A stretch of 64,000 nt of DNA from contig CAWFYM010000003.1 in NCBI GenBank assembly GCA_963820065.1, forward strand, positions 963,615 through 1,027,614, written 5' to 3'. Positions 1 through 7,913 of the stretch are shown piece by piece. The position numbers and the translations under genes were made by a program. The number at the start of each line of letters is the position of its first letter. Within the stretch, counting starts at the first letter, position 1. This stretch comes from an uncultured Actinomycetota bacterium (GTDB lineage: Bacteria; Actinomycetota; Actinomycetes; DATJPE01). Below the pieces are notes generated by a model, which was given only the letters and a program-made list of their open reading frames with translations, searched no databases and had not been told where the DNA came from.

Positions 1-528
1 CCCAGCGGTACGTAGCCGGAGGTTGTCGCCCTGCACCAGGTCGACGGCCTCCAAGGCGGCTTGGGCGCCCTGCAGGGCGAACAACGACGGCTCGGCGACC
101 ACGAGCGCGTAGTGCGCCGTGGCGAGCGCGTTGCGTGTGAGTCCACCGACCGAGGGTGGGGCATCGATGAGCACCAGGTCGTAGCCCGTGACTTGTTTCA
201 TCGCGATACGCAGCTGCAGCGTGGATGCGCGACCCGTGACGACGTTGTGACGCTCGAGGAGGCTGTCAGCGGGGATCACATCCACGACGGGACCCCATCC
301 GCTGCGGGTGATCGCGTGGCTGACCAGCCCCGATGCAGGGTCGGCGAGCACGTCCGAGGCCGAAAAGCGCACTTCCGGTGGATCGAGCACGGTGGAGGCG
401 TTGCCCTGGGGGTCGAGGTCCACGACGAGGGTGCGGATCCCGCGCTCCCACGCGGCGCCGGCGAGCCCGAGCACGACCGAGGTCTTCCCGACCCCACCCT
501 TGAGGCTGACCACGCTGACGACGAGCAC
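1..528 (-). CDS. ParA/MinD-family P-loop ATPase (partial; N-terminal part only, gene continues past the window start)
   Basis: Minus-strand translation from GTG at 526-528 gives VLVVSVVSLKGGVGKTSVVLGLAGAAWERGIRTLVVDLDPQGNAS..., with a deviant Walker A KGGVGKT and the DLDPQGN motif typical of ParA/Soj. It is absent from the ORF track because it runs off the window edge. Confidence 0.7.
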   Translation of the reverse strand, partial: MLVVSVVSLKGGVGKTSVVLGLAGAAWERGIRTLVVDLDPQGNASTVLDPPEVRFSASDVLADPASGLVSHAITRSGWGPVVDVIPADSLLERHNVVTGRASTLQLRIAMKQVTGYDLVLIDAPPSVGGLTRNALATAHYALVVAEPSLFALQGAQAALEAVDLVQGDNLRLRTAG

Positions 529-592
529 CTGGCGAGTCTGCCGTACCGACCGGCAGAGCGGGTCCGCCCGCTGCAGACAAGCCGGGCGGGGC

Positions 593-1942
593 TCAGGCCT
601 TCACCGCGGCGTAGCGAGCGAGGGCCTCCTGTCGTTCATCGGAGTGGTCCACCAGGCGATCGGGGTAGCCGGCGGGCAATCCCTGCGGTTGGCGCCAGGG
701 TTCGTGCGCGGAGGCGCCGGGGAGTTCGGCGAGCTCGGGGACGTACCGCCTCACGTAGTCACCCTCCGGGTCGAACGTCAGCCCTTGGGTCACAGGGTTG
801 AAGACGCGGAAGTACGGCGCAGCATCGGTCCCCGTCCCCGCCACCCACTGCCACCCGTGCTGGTTGGAGGCGAGGTCTCCGTCGCGCAGCCAGTGCATGA
901 AGTGGGCTGCCCCGCGGGTCCAGTCCAGGTGCAGGTCCTTGACGAGGAAGGACGCCGCAACCATGCGCACGCGGTTGTGCATCCATCCCTCCGCGAGGAG
1001 CTGACGCATCCCGGCATCGACAAAAGGAAAACCCGTGCGGCCCGCCGCCCAGGCGTCGAAGGCGGCGTCCGCCTGCTCCCCTTCATCGGTCTCGATGCCG
1101 GCCAGCTCCCGGCGCAGGGCGCGACGCGCCGAGCTCGGTTCGTGGTGCAGGACGTCGGCATAGAACTCGCGCCAGGCGAGCTCCTTCCGGAAGATCTCGT
1201 GGCCCCTGGAGTCGCCCAGATCGGCGAGGAGCGTGCGTGGGTGGATCTCGCCCCACTTCAGCGCCGCACTCAGCCCCGAGGTCCCGACGAGGTCGGGGCG
1301 ATCCCGAGCCTCGGCGTAGGCGTCGAGCGACTCACGGGCGAACGTGGCCCATCGACCCAGGGCTGCAGCCTCCCCGGCCGGGGGCAGTTCCAGGGCCCCC
1401 AGGTCGGGCGCTGCGGGCAGCGCCTCCCCGGCAGCGGACGTGACCCAGCTGATCGATCCTGGGGGTGGCTCGGCTGGTCCGCGCCACCCGTGCTGGCGCC
1501 AGGCGCGGTAGAACGGCGTGTAGACGCGGTAGGGCGTCCCGTCGTCCTTACGGATGCGGCCGGGCGCCACCGCGTACGGCGAGCCGGTGCGCACGAAGGC
1601 TTTCCCCAGGGCTGAGGCGAGTGCGGCATCGCGGCGCGCGCCGTACGGACCGAAGTCGGCTGCGACGTGCACCGACGATGCGCGGATCTCGGACGCCACG
1701 TGAGGCACGACACTGCGGGGATCGCCGGACCGGACGATCAGTCGGCCGCCGAGCGCGTCATTGAGGCTGGACAGCGAACGAGCCAGGTAGGCCCGGCGCA
1801 CCGGGCCGCTCGCGTCCCACAGGAGGGGATCGATCACGAAGAGTCCGAGCACGTCCCCCGAGCCCGCTTCGGCGGCTTTGAGCAGAGCCGGGTTGTCGCA
1901 GACCCGCAGGTCACGACGGAACCAATGAACGGCGGGTGCCAC
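593..1942 (-). CDS. phr: deoxyribodipyrimidine photolyase / cryptochrome family
   Basis: 449-aa ORF. N-terminal photolyase domain (HWFRRDLRVCDNPAL) and C-terminal FAD-binding motifs (WREFY, MHNRVRMVAASFLVKDL, GWQWVAG). Confidence 0.9.
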   Translation of the reverse strand: MAPAVHWFRRDLRVCDNPALLKAAEAGSGDVLGLFVIDPLLWDASGPVRRAYLARSLSSLNDALGGRLIVRSGDPRSVVPHVASEIRASSVHVAADFGPYGARRDAALASALGKAFVRTGSPYAVAPGRIRKDDGTPYRVYTPFYRAWRQHGWRGPAEPPPGSISWVTSAAGEALPAAPDLGALELPPAGEAAALGRWATFARESLDAYAEARDRPDLVGTSGLSAALKWGEIHPRTLLADLGDSRGHEIFRKELAWREFYADVLHHEPSSARRALRRELAGIETDEGEQADAAFDAWAAGRTGFPFVDAGMRQLLAEGWMHNRVRMVAASFLVKDLHLDWTRGAAHFMHWLRDGDLASNQHGWQWVAGTGTDAAPYFRVFNPVTQGLTFDPEGDYVRRYVPELAELPGASAHEPWRQPQGLPAGYPDRLVDHSDERQEALARYAAVKA

Positions 1943-2072
1943 CCCATGACCGTGGACGACGCGACCCGAGGTCGCAACCCGACCGGTGAGACTGTGCTCG
2001 GGGTGGACCGAGGCGGTTCCGGCCAGCGACGCCGCGTGTGAGGATGGAGCGGCCCAGGCGCCAGCGTGCCTG

Positions 2073-2102
2073 TGCCTGACTCTGCCTGACTCTGCCTGAC
2101 TC
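2073..2102. repeat. three head-to-tail copies of the 10-mer TGCCTGACTC in the divergent phr-ideR intergenic region
   Basis: Read directly from the sequence: tgcctgactc tgcctgactc tgcctgactc gccgactg. Confidence 0.6.
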
Positions 2103-2133
2103 GCCGACTGGACCGAACCGGAGCCATGCCCTC

Positions 2134-2844
2134 GTGAGCGACCTGATCGACACCACGGAGATGTACCTCCGCACGATCTTCGAGCTCGAGGAGGAGGGCA
2201 TCGTCCCCCTGCGAGCCCGCATCGCCGAGCGGCTCGGGCAGAGCGGGCCGACGGTCAGCCAGACCGTCGCCCGCATGGAGCGGGACGGGCTGGTCACCGT
2301 GGAGGGTGACCGTCATCTGGAGCTGTCCGAGCAGGGGCGATCCTTGGCCACGCGCGTGATGCGCAAACACCGTCTAGCCGAGTGCCTGCTGGTAGACGTG
2401 ATCGGGATGGCTTGGGAGGACGTCCACGCCGAAGCCTGCCGCTGGGAGCACGTGATGTCGGAGGCCGTGGAACGGCGGCTGCTCGAGCTGCTCGATCACC
2501 CCACGGCCTCGCCGTACGGAAATCCCATCCCGGGACTGGCCGAGCTCGGCGACCTGCCTCCGGGCAACGAGCCCTTCGACGACGCCGGTCTGGTGACTCT
2601 GGCCGCGTCCGCGGGTGCCGAGGCGCATCGCGTCGTGGTGCGCCGGATCGGCGAGCCCGTGCAGACCGACGCCGGGCTGATGGCCTCGTTGCGGCGAGCG
2701 GGCGTCCGGCCGGGCGAGGTCGTGAAGGTGACCATCTCCGCCGGCGGCGTGCTGGTGGGCTCGGGCATGGAGTACGCCGAACTTGACCTGGAGACCGCCG
2801 CCCACGTGTTCGTCAGCGACGGTGTCCCCGCCGCGACCGCCTAG
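2134..2844 (+). CDS. ideR: iron-dependent transcriptional repressor, DtxR/IdeR family
   Basis: 236 aa. N-terminal HTH (MYLRTIFELEEEG), a metal-binding and dimerisation region (RKHRLAECLL, CRWEH), and a C-terminal SH3-like domain. Confidence 0.9.
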   Translation: MSDLIDTTEMYLRTIFELEEEGIVPLRARIAERLGQSGPTVSQTVARMERDGLVTVEGDRHLELSEQGRSLATRVMRKHRLAECLLVDVIGMAWEDVHAEACRWEHVMSEAVERRLLELLDHPTASPYGNPIPGLAELGDLPPGNEPFDDAGLVTLAASAGAEAHRVVVRRIGEPVQTDAGLMASLRRAGVRPGEVVKVTISAGGVLVGSGMEYAELDLETAAHVFVSDGVPAATA

Positions 2845-2849
2845 CCCGC

Positions 2850-2945
2850 CCACCCCCACTCCTTCGTGATCATGCGCAGATGGCCCCTCGTGAGGCCTCG
2901 CCCAGGGGCCATCTGCGCATGATCACGAGAGGATGGGTGGGGTCG
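2850..2945. repeat. palindromic repeat element, copy A (REP/MITE-like, just after the ideR stop)
   Basis: Near-perfect inverted arms TCGTGATCATGCGCAGATGGCCCCTCG and CGAGGGGCCATCTGCGCATGATCACGA around a 13-nt loop, with weaker outer arms (cccaccc...gggtggg). The same arms recur at 22610-22715. Confidence 0.65.
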
Positions 2946-3077
2946 GGATGTCGCGGACTCGTCTCTTTCGTGACCGGAACGTGACAAAGCAGGTCTCTCT
3001 CACGTAGCCTCGACCAGCCTCCGCAAGGGCGGGGGTGCCCCGACGTGCTCGCCGAGTCCTGCCCCGCGTCGAGGTCC

Positions 3078-3238
3078 AGGCGTGATTGATCCGCTGGGCA
3101 GGAGTGGGGGAACCACACGTTTCACGGGCTCGTCCCGGCGGCTGACTGCTGCCTGGCCGACCCTGGGGTTAAGCCGCACCTTGGTGCGGCCGGGCCATCT
3201 CCGGCCCGAACCCGACAGCTCACCCCGCAGGCGTCGGA
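3078..3238 (+). ncRNA. candidate cyclic-di-AMP riboswitch (ydaO/kimA class) in the 5' leader of the NlpC/P60 gene
   Basis: The 3' segment CCGGCCCGAACCCGACAGCUCACCCCGCAGGCGUCGG closely matches the conserved ydaO 3' consensus (CCCGAACCCGACAGCUAACCUCGUAGGCGU). Upstream are GGGGUUAAGCC and UGGGGGAACC blocks. It sits directly 5' of a cell-wall hydrolase gene, the classic actinobacterial context. Confidence 0.55.
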
Positions 3239-3250
3239 GAAGGACCCTCT

Positions 3251-3838
3251 GTGCTCGGCTTGCCCGCGCTTCACTCGACCCTGCGCCGATCCCGTGGTGC
3301 TGCCCTGGCCACCGTGGTGGCTGCCTCACTCGTCGTCCCCGTCATGTCGGCCAGTCCCGCGCACGCCGTGGTGGCCCCGACGACGGAGGTCTCGGCAGCG
3401 ACGGCTGCGACGATCAAGGGCTCCTCGGCCGCGACCACCACCAAGGCCAAGGGCGCCAAGAAAGTCAAGAAGAAGCACAAGAACAAGCTCACGCCCAAGC
3501 GGATCCTCAAGACCGCTCGCAAGTACGACGGGTCCTACTACCGCACGGCCGGGACGACGCCCTCCGGATTCGACTGCAGCGGCTACACCCGCTACGTCTT
3601 CGGCAAGCTGGGCCGCTCGCTCCCGCACAACTCCTCTGCGCAGTACTCCGTGGTCAAGCACGTGAGCCGCAAGCACGCGCGCAAGGGTGATCTCATCTTC
3701 TTCCGCAGCAGCAGCGGGCACATCTACCACGTCGGGATCTTCGCCGGCCATGGTCGCCTCTACCACGCCAGCCAGCACGGCGTGCGCACCGGTTTGGGCA
3801 AGATCTACAGCTGGCACGTGAGCTTCGGTCGAGCCTGA
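3251..3838 (+). CDS. secreted NlpC/P60 (C40) family peptidoglycan peptidase
   Basis: GTG start preceded by GGAGAAGGA. Signal peptide ...SASPAHA, a Lys-rich linker, then an NlpC/P60 catalytic core (FDCSGYTRYVF with Cys, HVGIFAG with His). Confidence 0.85.
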   Translation: MLGLPALHSTLRRSRGAALATVVAASLVVPVMSASPAHAVVAPTTEVSAATAATIKGSSAATTTKAKGAKKVKKKHKNKLTPKRILKTARKYDGSYYRTAGTTPSGFDCSGYTRYVFGKLGRSLPHNSSAQYSVVKHVSRKHARKGDLIFFRSSSGHIYHVGIFAGHGRLYHASQHGVRTGLGKIYSWHVSFGRA

Positions 3839-3895
3839 CCCGTTCCGAAGCGTCCAGTCGCCCCAGCGCCGCGGCGTTCGGATAGCGTCCCTGGC

Positions 3896-4687
3896 ATGTT
3901 CAGCGACGGTCTGCTCGACGGACGTACGGCACTGGTCACCGGTGGCGGTTCTGGGATCGGTCGCGCCGTCGCCCTCGAGCTGGCCGCGCTGGGGTCGGAC
4001 GTCGCGATCCTCGGCCGGCATCGGGAGACCCTGGACGCCACCGTCGCCGTCGCGGCGGCTGAGTCCACGCCCGGGAGCGTTCGACCGTACGTCGTCGACG
4101 TCCGCGAACCCGCTGACGTGGAAGCAGCCCTCGACCAGGTCGGCGCCGACCTGGGGTCGGTGGACACCCTGGTCAACAACGCGGGTGGGCAGTTCGTCAG
4201 CCCCGCGGAGAACATCTCCCTGAACGGGTTTCGCGCGGTCACCCGGCTCAACCTCGACGCTGTGTGGCAGCTGACGACGGCAGCCGCCAACCGATGGATG
4301 GTGCCAGCCGGCTACGGCAAGGTCGTCTCCATCGTCATCAGCCCGAGGCGGGCGATGCCGGGCATGGCGCACTCGGCCGCGGCACGAGCTGGGGTCGAGA
4401 ACATGACCCGGACCATGGCCGTCGAGTGGGGGCGGCACGGCATCCGCCTCAACTGCGTAGCGCCCGGGATCATCCACACCGAGTCGTGGGAGCGGTATGG
4501 CCTGGATCCGGAGGCTGTCGCAACGGCGATCCCCGCGGGACGCCTGGGTTCCGCTGCTGACGTCGCCCACGCGGTCACCTACCTCGTGTCCCCGGCCGGG
4601 GACTACGTCACCGGGGCGACTCTGCTCGTCGACGGCGGGCTCGACAACACCGGTCCTGGCGCAGGCTGGTTCCAGCAGGCTCGCTAG
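3896..4687 (+). CDS. SDR-family short-chain dehydrogenase/reductase
   Basis: TGGGSGIGRAVA Rossmann motif, NNAG, and the catalytic YGK region. Confidence 0.9.
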   Translation: MFSDGLLDGRTALVTGGGSGIGRAVALELAALGSDVAILGRHRETLDATVAVAAAESTPGSVRPYVVDVREPADVEAALDQVGADLGSVDTLVNNAGGQFVSPAENISLNGFRAVTRLNLDAVWQLTTAAANRWMVPAGYGKVVSIVISPRRAMPGMAHSAAARAGVENMTRTMAVEWGRHGIRLNCVAPGIIHTESWERYGLDPEAVATAIPAGRLGSAADVAHAVTYLVSPAGDYVTGATLLVDGGLDNTGPGAGWFQQAR

Positions 4688-5688
4688 GGGCTGTCCGGCC
4701 CGCCGTCCTCGTGGGACCGCAGCGAGCCGGGGTGCGCTTTCAGGGTCGGGTCACGCCGCGTCTTCACCAGGCTGGCCACGGTCGTGACTACCAACACGAC
4801 ACCGATGACCACAAGAGACGTCGAGGTGGCGATCTCCGGGATGCCCTCGTCGATCGACGTGTGGGCCCAGTGCAGGATGAGCTTGACCCCGATGAAGGCC
4901 AGGATCACCGCCAGGCCCGCAGACAGATAGACCAACCGGTCGAGCAGACCCTTGACGAGGAAGAACAGCGCCCGGAGGCCAAGCAGGGCGAAGGCGTTGG
5001 CCACGAACACGATGTAGCCCGAGTCGGTCACGCCGAAGACCGCAGGGATGGAGTCAAGAGCAAACAGCAGGTCCGTGCTGCCCACCGCGACGAGCACGAC
5101 GAACAACGGGGTGAAAACCCGCCTCCCGTCGATCCTGGTGACCAGCCTGCCCTCGTCGTAGGTGTCCGTCACCGGCAACAGGCGACGTGTGAGCCGAACG
5201 AGCCCGTTGTCCTCGACCGTCGGGTCCTCGTCCCGGTGCTGGAAGAGCTTGATCGCGGTGACGACCAGGATGAGACCGAAGACCAGGAACATGAACGAGA
5301 ACGCAGACAGCAGGGCCGCGCCCACGGCGATGAAGATGGCCCGAAAGACCAGCGCCAGCAGGATGCCGTACGTCAGGATCTTGTGCTGATGCTTCTCGGG
5401 CACGGCGAACGTGGCGAAGATGATGACGAAGACGAACAGGTTGTCGATGCTGAGCGACTTCTCCACGACGTAGCCGGCGAAGTACTCAGCGCCATAGTCC
5501 CAGCCCTTGATCTGACCGAAAACGATCCCGAAGACGACCGCGGTCGCGATGTAGAAGACCGACCAGAAGACGGCCTCCTTGAATCCGATTGCGTGCGGTC
5601 TGCGGCCCGAGATCGCCAGGTCGAGCACGAACAAGCCGGCGATCAGGACCAGCGTGATGGCCCACTCGGTCAGCGAGATCTCCAGCAT
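4684..5688 (-). CDS. TerC-family integral membrane protein
   Basis: 334 aa, multiple TM segments, TerC signature (SLSIDNLFVFVIIF, DLLFALDSIPAVFGVT). Confidence 0.9.
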   Translation of the reverse strand: MLEISLTEWAITLVLIAGLFVLDLAISGRRPHAIGFKEAVFWSVFYIATAVVFGIVFGQIKGWDYGAEYFAGYVVEKSLSIDNLFVFVIIFATFAVPEKHQHKILTYGILLALVFRAIFIAVGAALLSAFSFMFLVFGLILVVTAIKLFQHRDEDPTVEDNGLVRLTRRLLPVTDTYDEGRLVTRIDGRRVFTPLFVVLVAVGSTDLLFALDSIPAVFGVTDSGYIVFVANAFALLGLRALFFLVKGLLDRLVYLSAGLAVILAFIGVKLILHWAHTSIDEGIPEIATSTSLVVIGVVLVVTTVASLVKTRRDPTLKAHPGSLRSHEDGGPDSP

Positions 5689-5798
5689 CAGCCGACCCTA
5701 GGCGACGGGTGGGGTCGGGGCACCCGCACGGCCTAGCTCTGGTCCGGCATGATGAAGGTCACCCGTCGTGATTGACCCCGATCTTGGAGCGGAGCTCC

Positions 5799-6077
5799 GT
5801 GCAGTCCACAGCTTTGGTCCCGACCGCGCGCGCCGAGCGCTATGCCAAGCAGCTCGTGTCGCACCTCGGGCGCCACGACAACCTGCGCGTCCTCGAGACC
5901 GGCGAGCAGGTCCTCGAGTTCTCCGCCGGTACGTGCGTCGTGGCGGCAGAACCCGGAGGTGTTCGGCTCGCCGCTGAGGCAGCCGACGCCGAACAGCTGG
6001 CCGTGGTCCAAGGCGTGGTCGGCCGCCACCTGGTGCGGTTCGGGGAGAAGGACGAGCTGTCGGTCACCTGGACCTGA
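5799..6077 (+). CDS. DUF2218-like small conserved protein
   Basis: GTG start with a GGAGCGGAG RBS. VQSTALVPTARAERYAKQLVSHLGRH... resembles the DUF2218 N-terminus. Confidence 0.5.
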   Translation: MQSTALVPTARAERYAKQLVSHLGRHDNLRVLETGEQVLEFSAGTCVVAAEPGGVRLAAEAADAEQLAVVQGVVGRHLVRFGEKDELSVTWT

Positions 6078-6705
6078 CGGCGGATGCCGGGCGCTGAGCC
6101 CGAGGCTCGTCCGGTGATCGCACGGTCAGGTCGATGATCTGGTCCTGGGCCTGGTCCTGGCCCTGGGCCCGGGCTAGGTCGCGAGGAGCAACCCCCGCGT
6201 TGACCAGGTCGCGGGCTCGCAAGGGCGTGATGAGCGGGTGGACCACCAGCCACTCCCGGGCGCCCGCCGCGTCGAACCAGGCTCCCTGCCACTCCAGCGC
6301 GAGCGCTTCGGCCTGCTCGACCTCCATCCAATGCCGATTTTCGGGCGGGCTGCCCGCGAAGGCTGGGTGCAGATCGAGGAGGACTCGCGCCAGCGCAGAC
6401 GGCTGGCGGCGCCGAGCGCGGCTGTGCCGATCCCACGGCGTCGCCAGCCACGGTGGTTTCGACGCGGGCGGGCGGGCGACCCCAGCCAAGTGCACGTCCA
6501 GATCCGCGGAATGCACGACCTGGAGGGCGTAGGGCAGGACGACCGGGGCTGGGCCCGTAGCGTCCTTAGCGTCGGCGGATGTCCATGGACGGCGGAGAAC
6601 TTCGCGGAGTCGCACCTCGACCTCCCTGCTCGCAGGTTCAGGTTGAGTCACGGCGAGTATCCACGCGGTGACAGGGAGAACCCGGGACCGCGAGCGGCGT
6701 GTCAC
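6064..6705 (-). CDS. hypothetical protein
   Basis: 213-aa ORF with high GC3, divergent from glsA. Contains a short QGQDQAQDQ repeat encoded by caggaccaggcc repeats. No recognisable domain. The overlapping plus-strand ORFs are Arg-rich and less protein-like. Confidence 0.35.
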   Translation of the reverse strand: MTRRSRSRVLPVTAWILAVTQPEPASREVEVRLREVLRRPWTSADAKDATGPAPVVLPYALQVVHSADLDVHLAGVARPPASKPPWLATPWDRHSRARRRQPSALARVLLDLHPAFAGSPPENRHWMEVEQAEALALEWQGAWFDAAGAREWLVVHPLITPLRARDLVNAGVAPRDLARAQGQDQAQDQIIDLTVRSPDEPRAQRPASAVRSR

Positions 6706-6767
6706 CTGGCGATGGAGCGGCGCCGGCAGGGTCTGTGAGGGCTGCCGAGCGTCGATAGAGTCCGATC

Positions 6768-7766
6768 GTGGCGCCGGTCATCCTCGAGGAGCATCGCGAC
6801 CCAGGCACGATCTCTACTGGCTCCCTGCCCGACCCCCGGGCCGTTCAAGCACTCGTTGACGAGGCCGTGTCCCGCTACCAAGGCGACACGGACGGCGTGG
6901 TCGCCGACTACATCCCGGTCTTGGCCCACGCGGCTCCGGACTTGTTCGGAATCTGCCTCGTCGGCGCCGCGGGACGCGTGTTCGAAGCGGGTGACGCTGC
7001 ACACGTCTTCTCCATCCAGAGCGTGTCCAAGCCCTTCACGTTCGCCGTCGTGTGCCACGCCATCGGCTATCAGACGGCGCGCGCCAAGCTTGGGGTCAAC
7101 GCCACCGGGCTGCCGTTCAACTCCGTCATGGCCGTCGAGCTCAACCCGACCAGGACCATGAACCCGCTCGTCAACGCAGGAGCGATCGCCACCTCGAGCC
7201 TGATCCCGGGGTCGAGCCACGAAGAACGCTGGGAGCACCTGCTTGATGCTCTGTCGCGCTTTGCGGGAAGGCGTTTGGGTCTCGAGGGCGAGGTGTACGC
7301 CTCAGAGGCCGCGAACAACCAGCGCAACCAGGGAGTTGCTCACCTGCTGCACAGCTATGGGCGGCTGTACGGCGATCCCGACGAGGCGACCGACCTCTAC
7401 ACGCGCCAGTGCTCGATCGGCGTGACGGCCCGTGATCTCGCGACCATGGCAGCGACCCTGGCGGACGGCGGGGTCAATCCCGTCACTGGCGAGCAGGTCG
7501 TCGACGCGGCCTTGTGCCCGAAGGTGCTGGCCGTCCTCGCCACGGCGGGGCTGTACGAACGGTCGGGGGACTGGCTGTTCGACATCGGCCTCCCGGGCAA
7601 GAGCGGGGTGAGCGGAGGCATCGTCACGGTTGCGCCGGGCAAGGGGGGCATGGCCACCTTCTCGCCGCCCTTGGACGACGCGGGCAACAGCGTGCGCGGT
7701 CAGAAGGCCACCAAGTTTCTCGCGGATCGGCTTGGCCTGAATCTGTTCGCGTCGAACCCGGTATGA
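6768..7766 (+). CDS. glsA: glutaminase A
   Basis: 332 aa. Serine-dependent glutaminase motifs (SIQSVSKPF, VNAGAI, GKSGVSGG). Confidence 0.9.
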   Translation: MAPVILEEHRDPGTISTGSLPDPRAVQALVDEAVSRYQGDTDGVVADYIPVLAHAAPDLFGICLVGAAGRVFEAGDAAHVFSIQSVSKPFTFAVVCHAIGYQTARAKLGVNATGLPFNSVMAVELNPTRTMNPLVNAGAIATSSLIPGSSHEERWEHLLDALSRFAGRRLGLEGEVYASEAANNQRNQGVAHLLHSYGRLYGDPDEATDLYTRQCSIGVTARDLATMAATLADGGVNPVTGEQVVDAALCPKVLAVLATAGLYERSGDWLFDIGLPGKSGVSGGIVTVAPGKGGMATFSPPLDDAGNSVRGQKATKFLADRLGLNLFASNPV

Positions 7767-7913
7767 CGGCCTCAGGTGCTGCCGGTCATCGCGAGCCGCA
7801 CGGCCTGGTCAAGGGTCAGGGCGGCGCCCTGCGCGACGAGTTCGTCGTAGCGCTCGGCTCTCAGCACCGAACGGAGTCAGTCGTTCCCTACAAACTTGGA
7901 TCGAGGTATCTAC

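Noticed and set aside
308-1615. Long plus-strand ORF (435 aa) antisense to the photolyase gene, and many similar 100-450-aa ORFs across the window (for example 8775-9710, 21047-21976, 35046-36734 and 39001-40872 on the plus strand, and 39806-40687 on the minus strand)
   Set aside because: They are Arg/Pro/Gly-rich translations typical of spurious frames in 70% GC DNA. Each overlaps a confidently identified gene on the other strand or frame and has no recognisable motifs.
5689-5798. A yybP-ykoY manganese riboswitch expected upstream of TerC
   Set aside because: The leader on the minus strand was inspected and the conserved riboswitch blocks were not recognisable.
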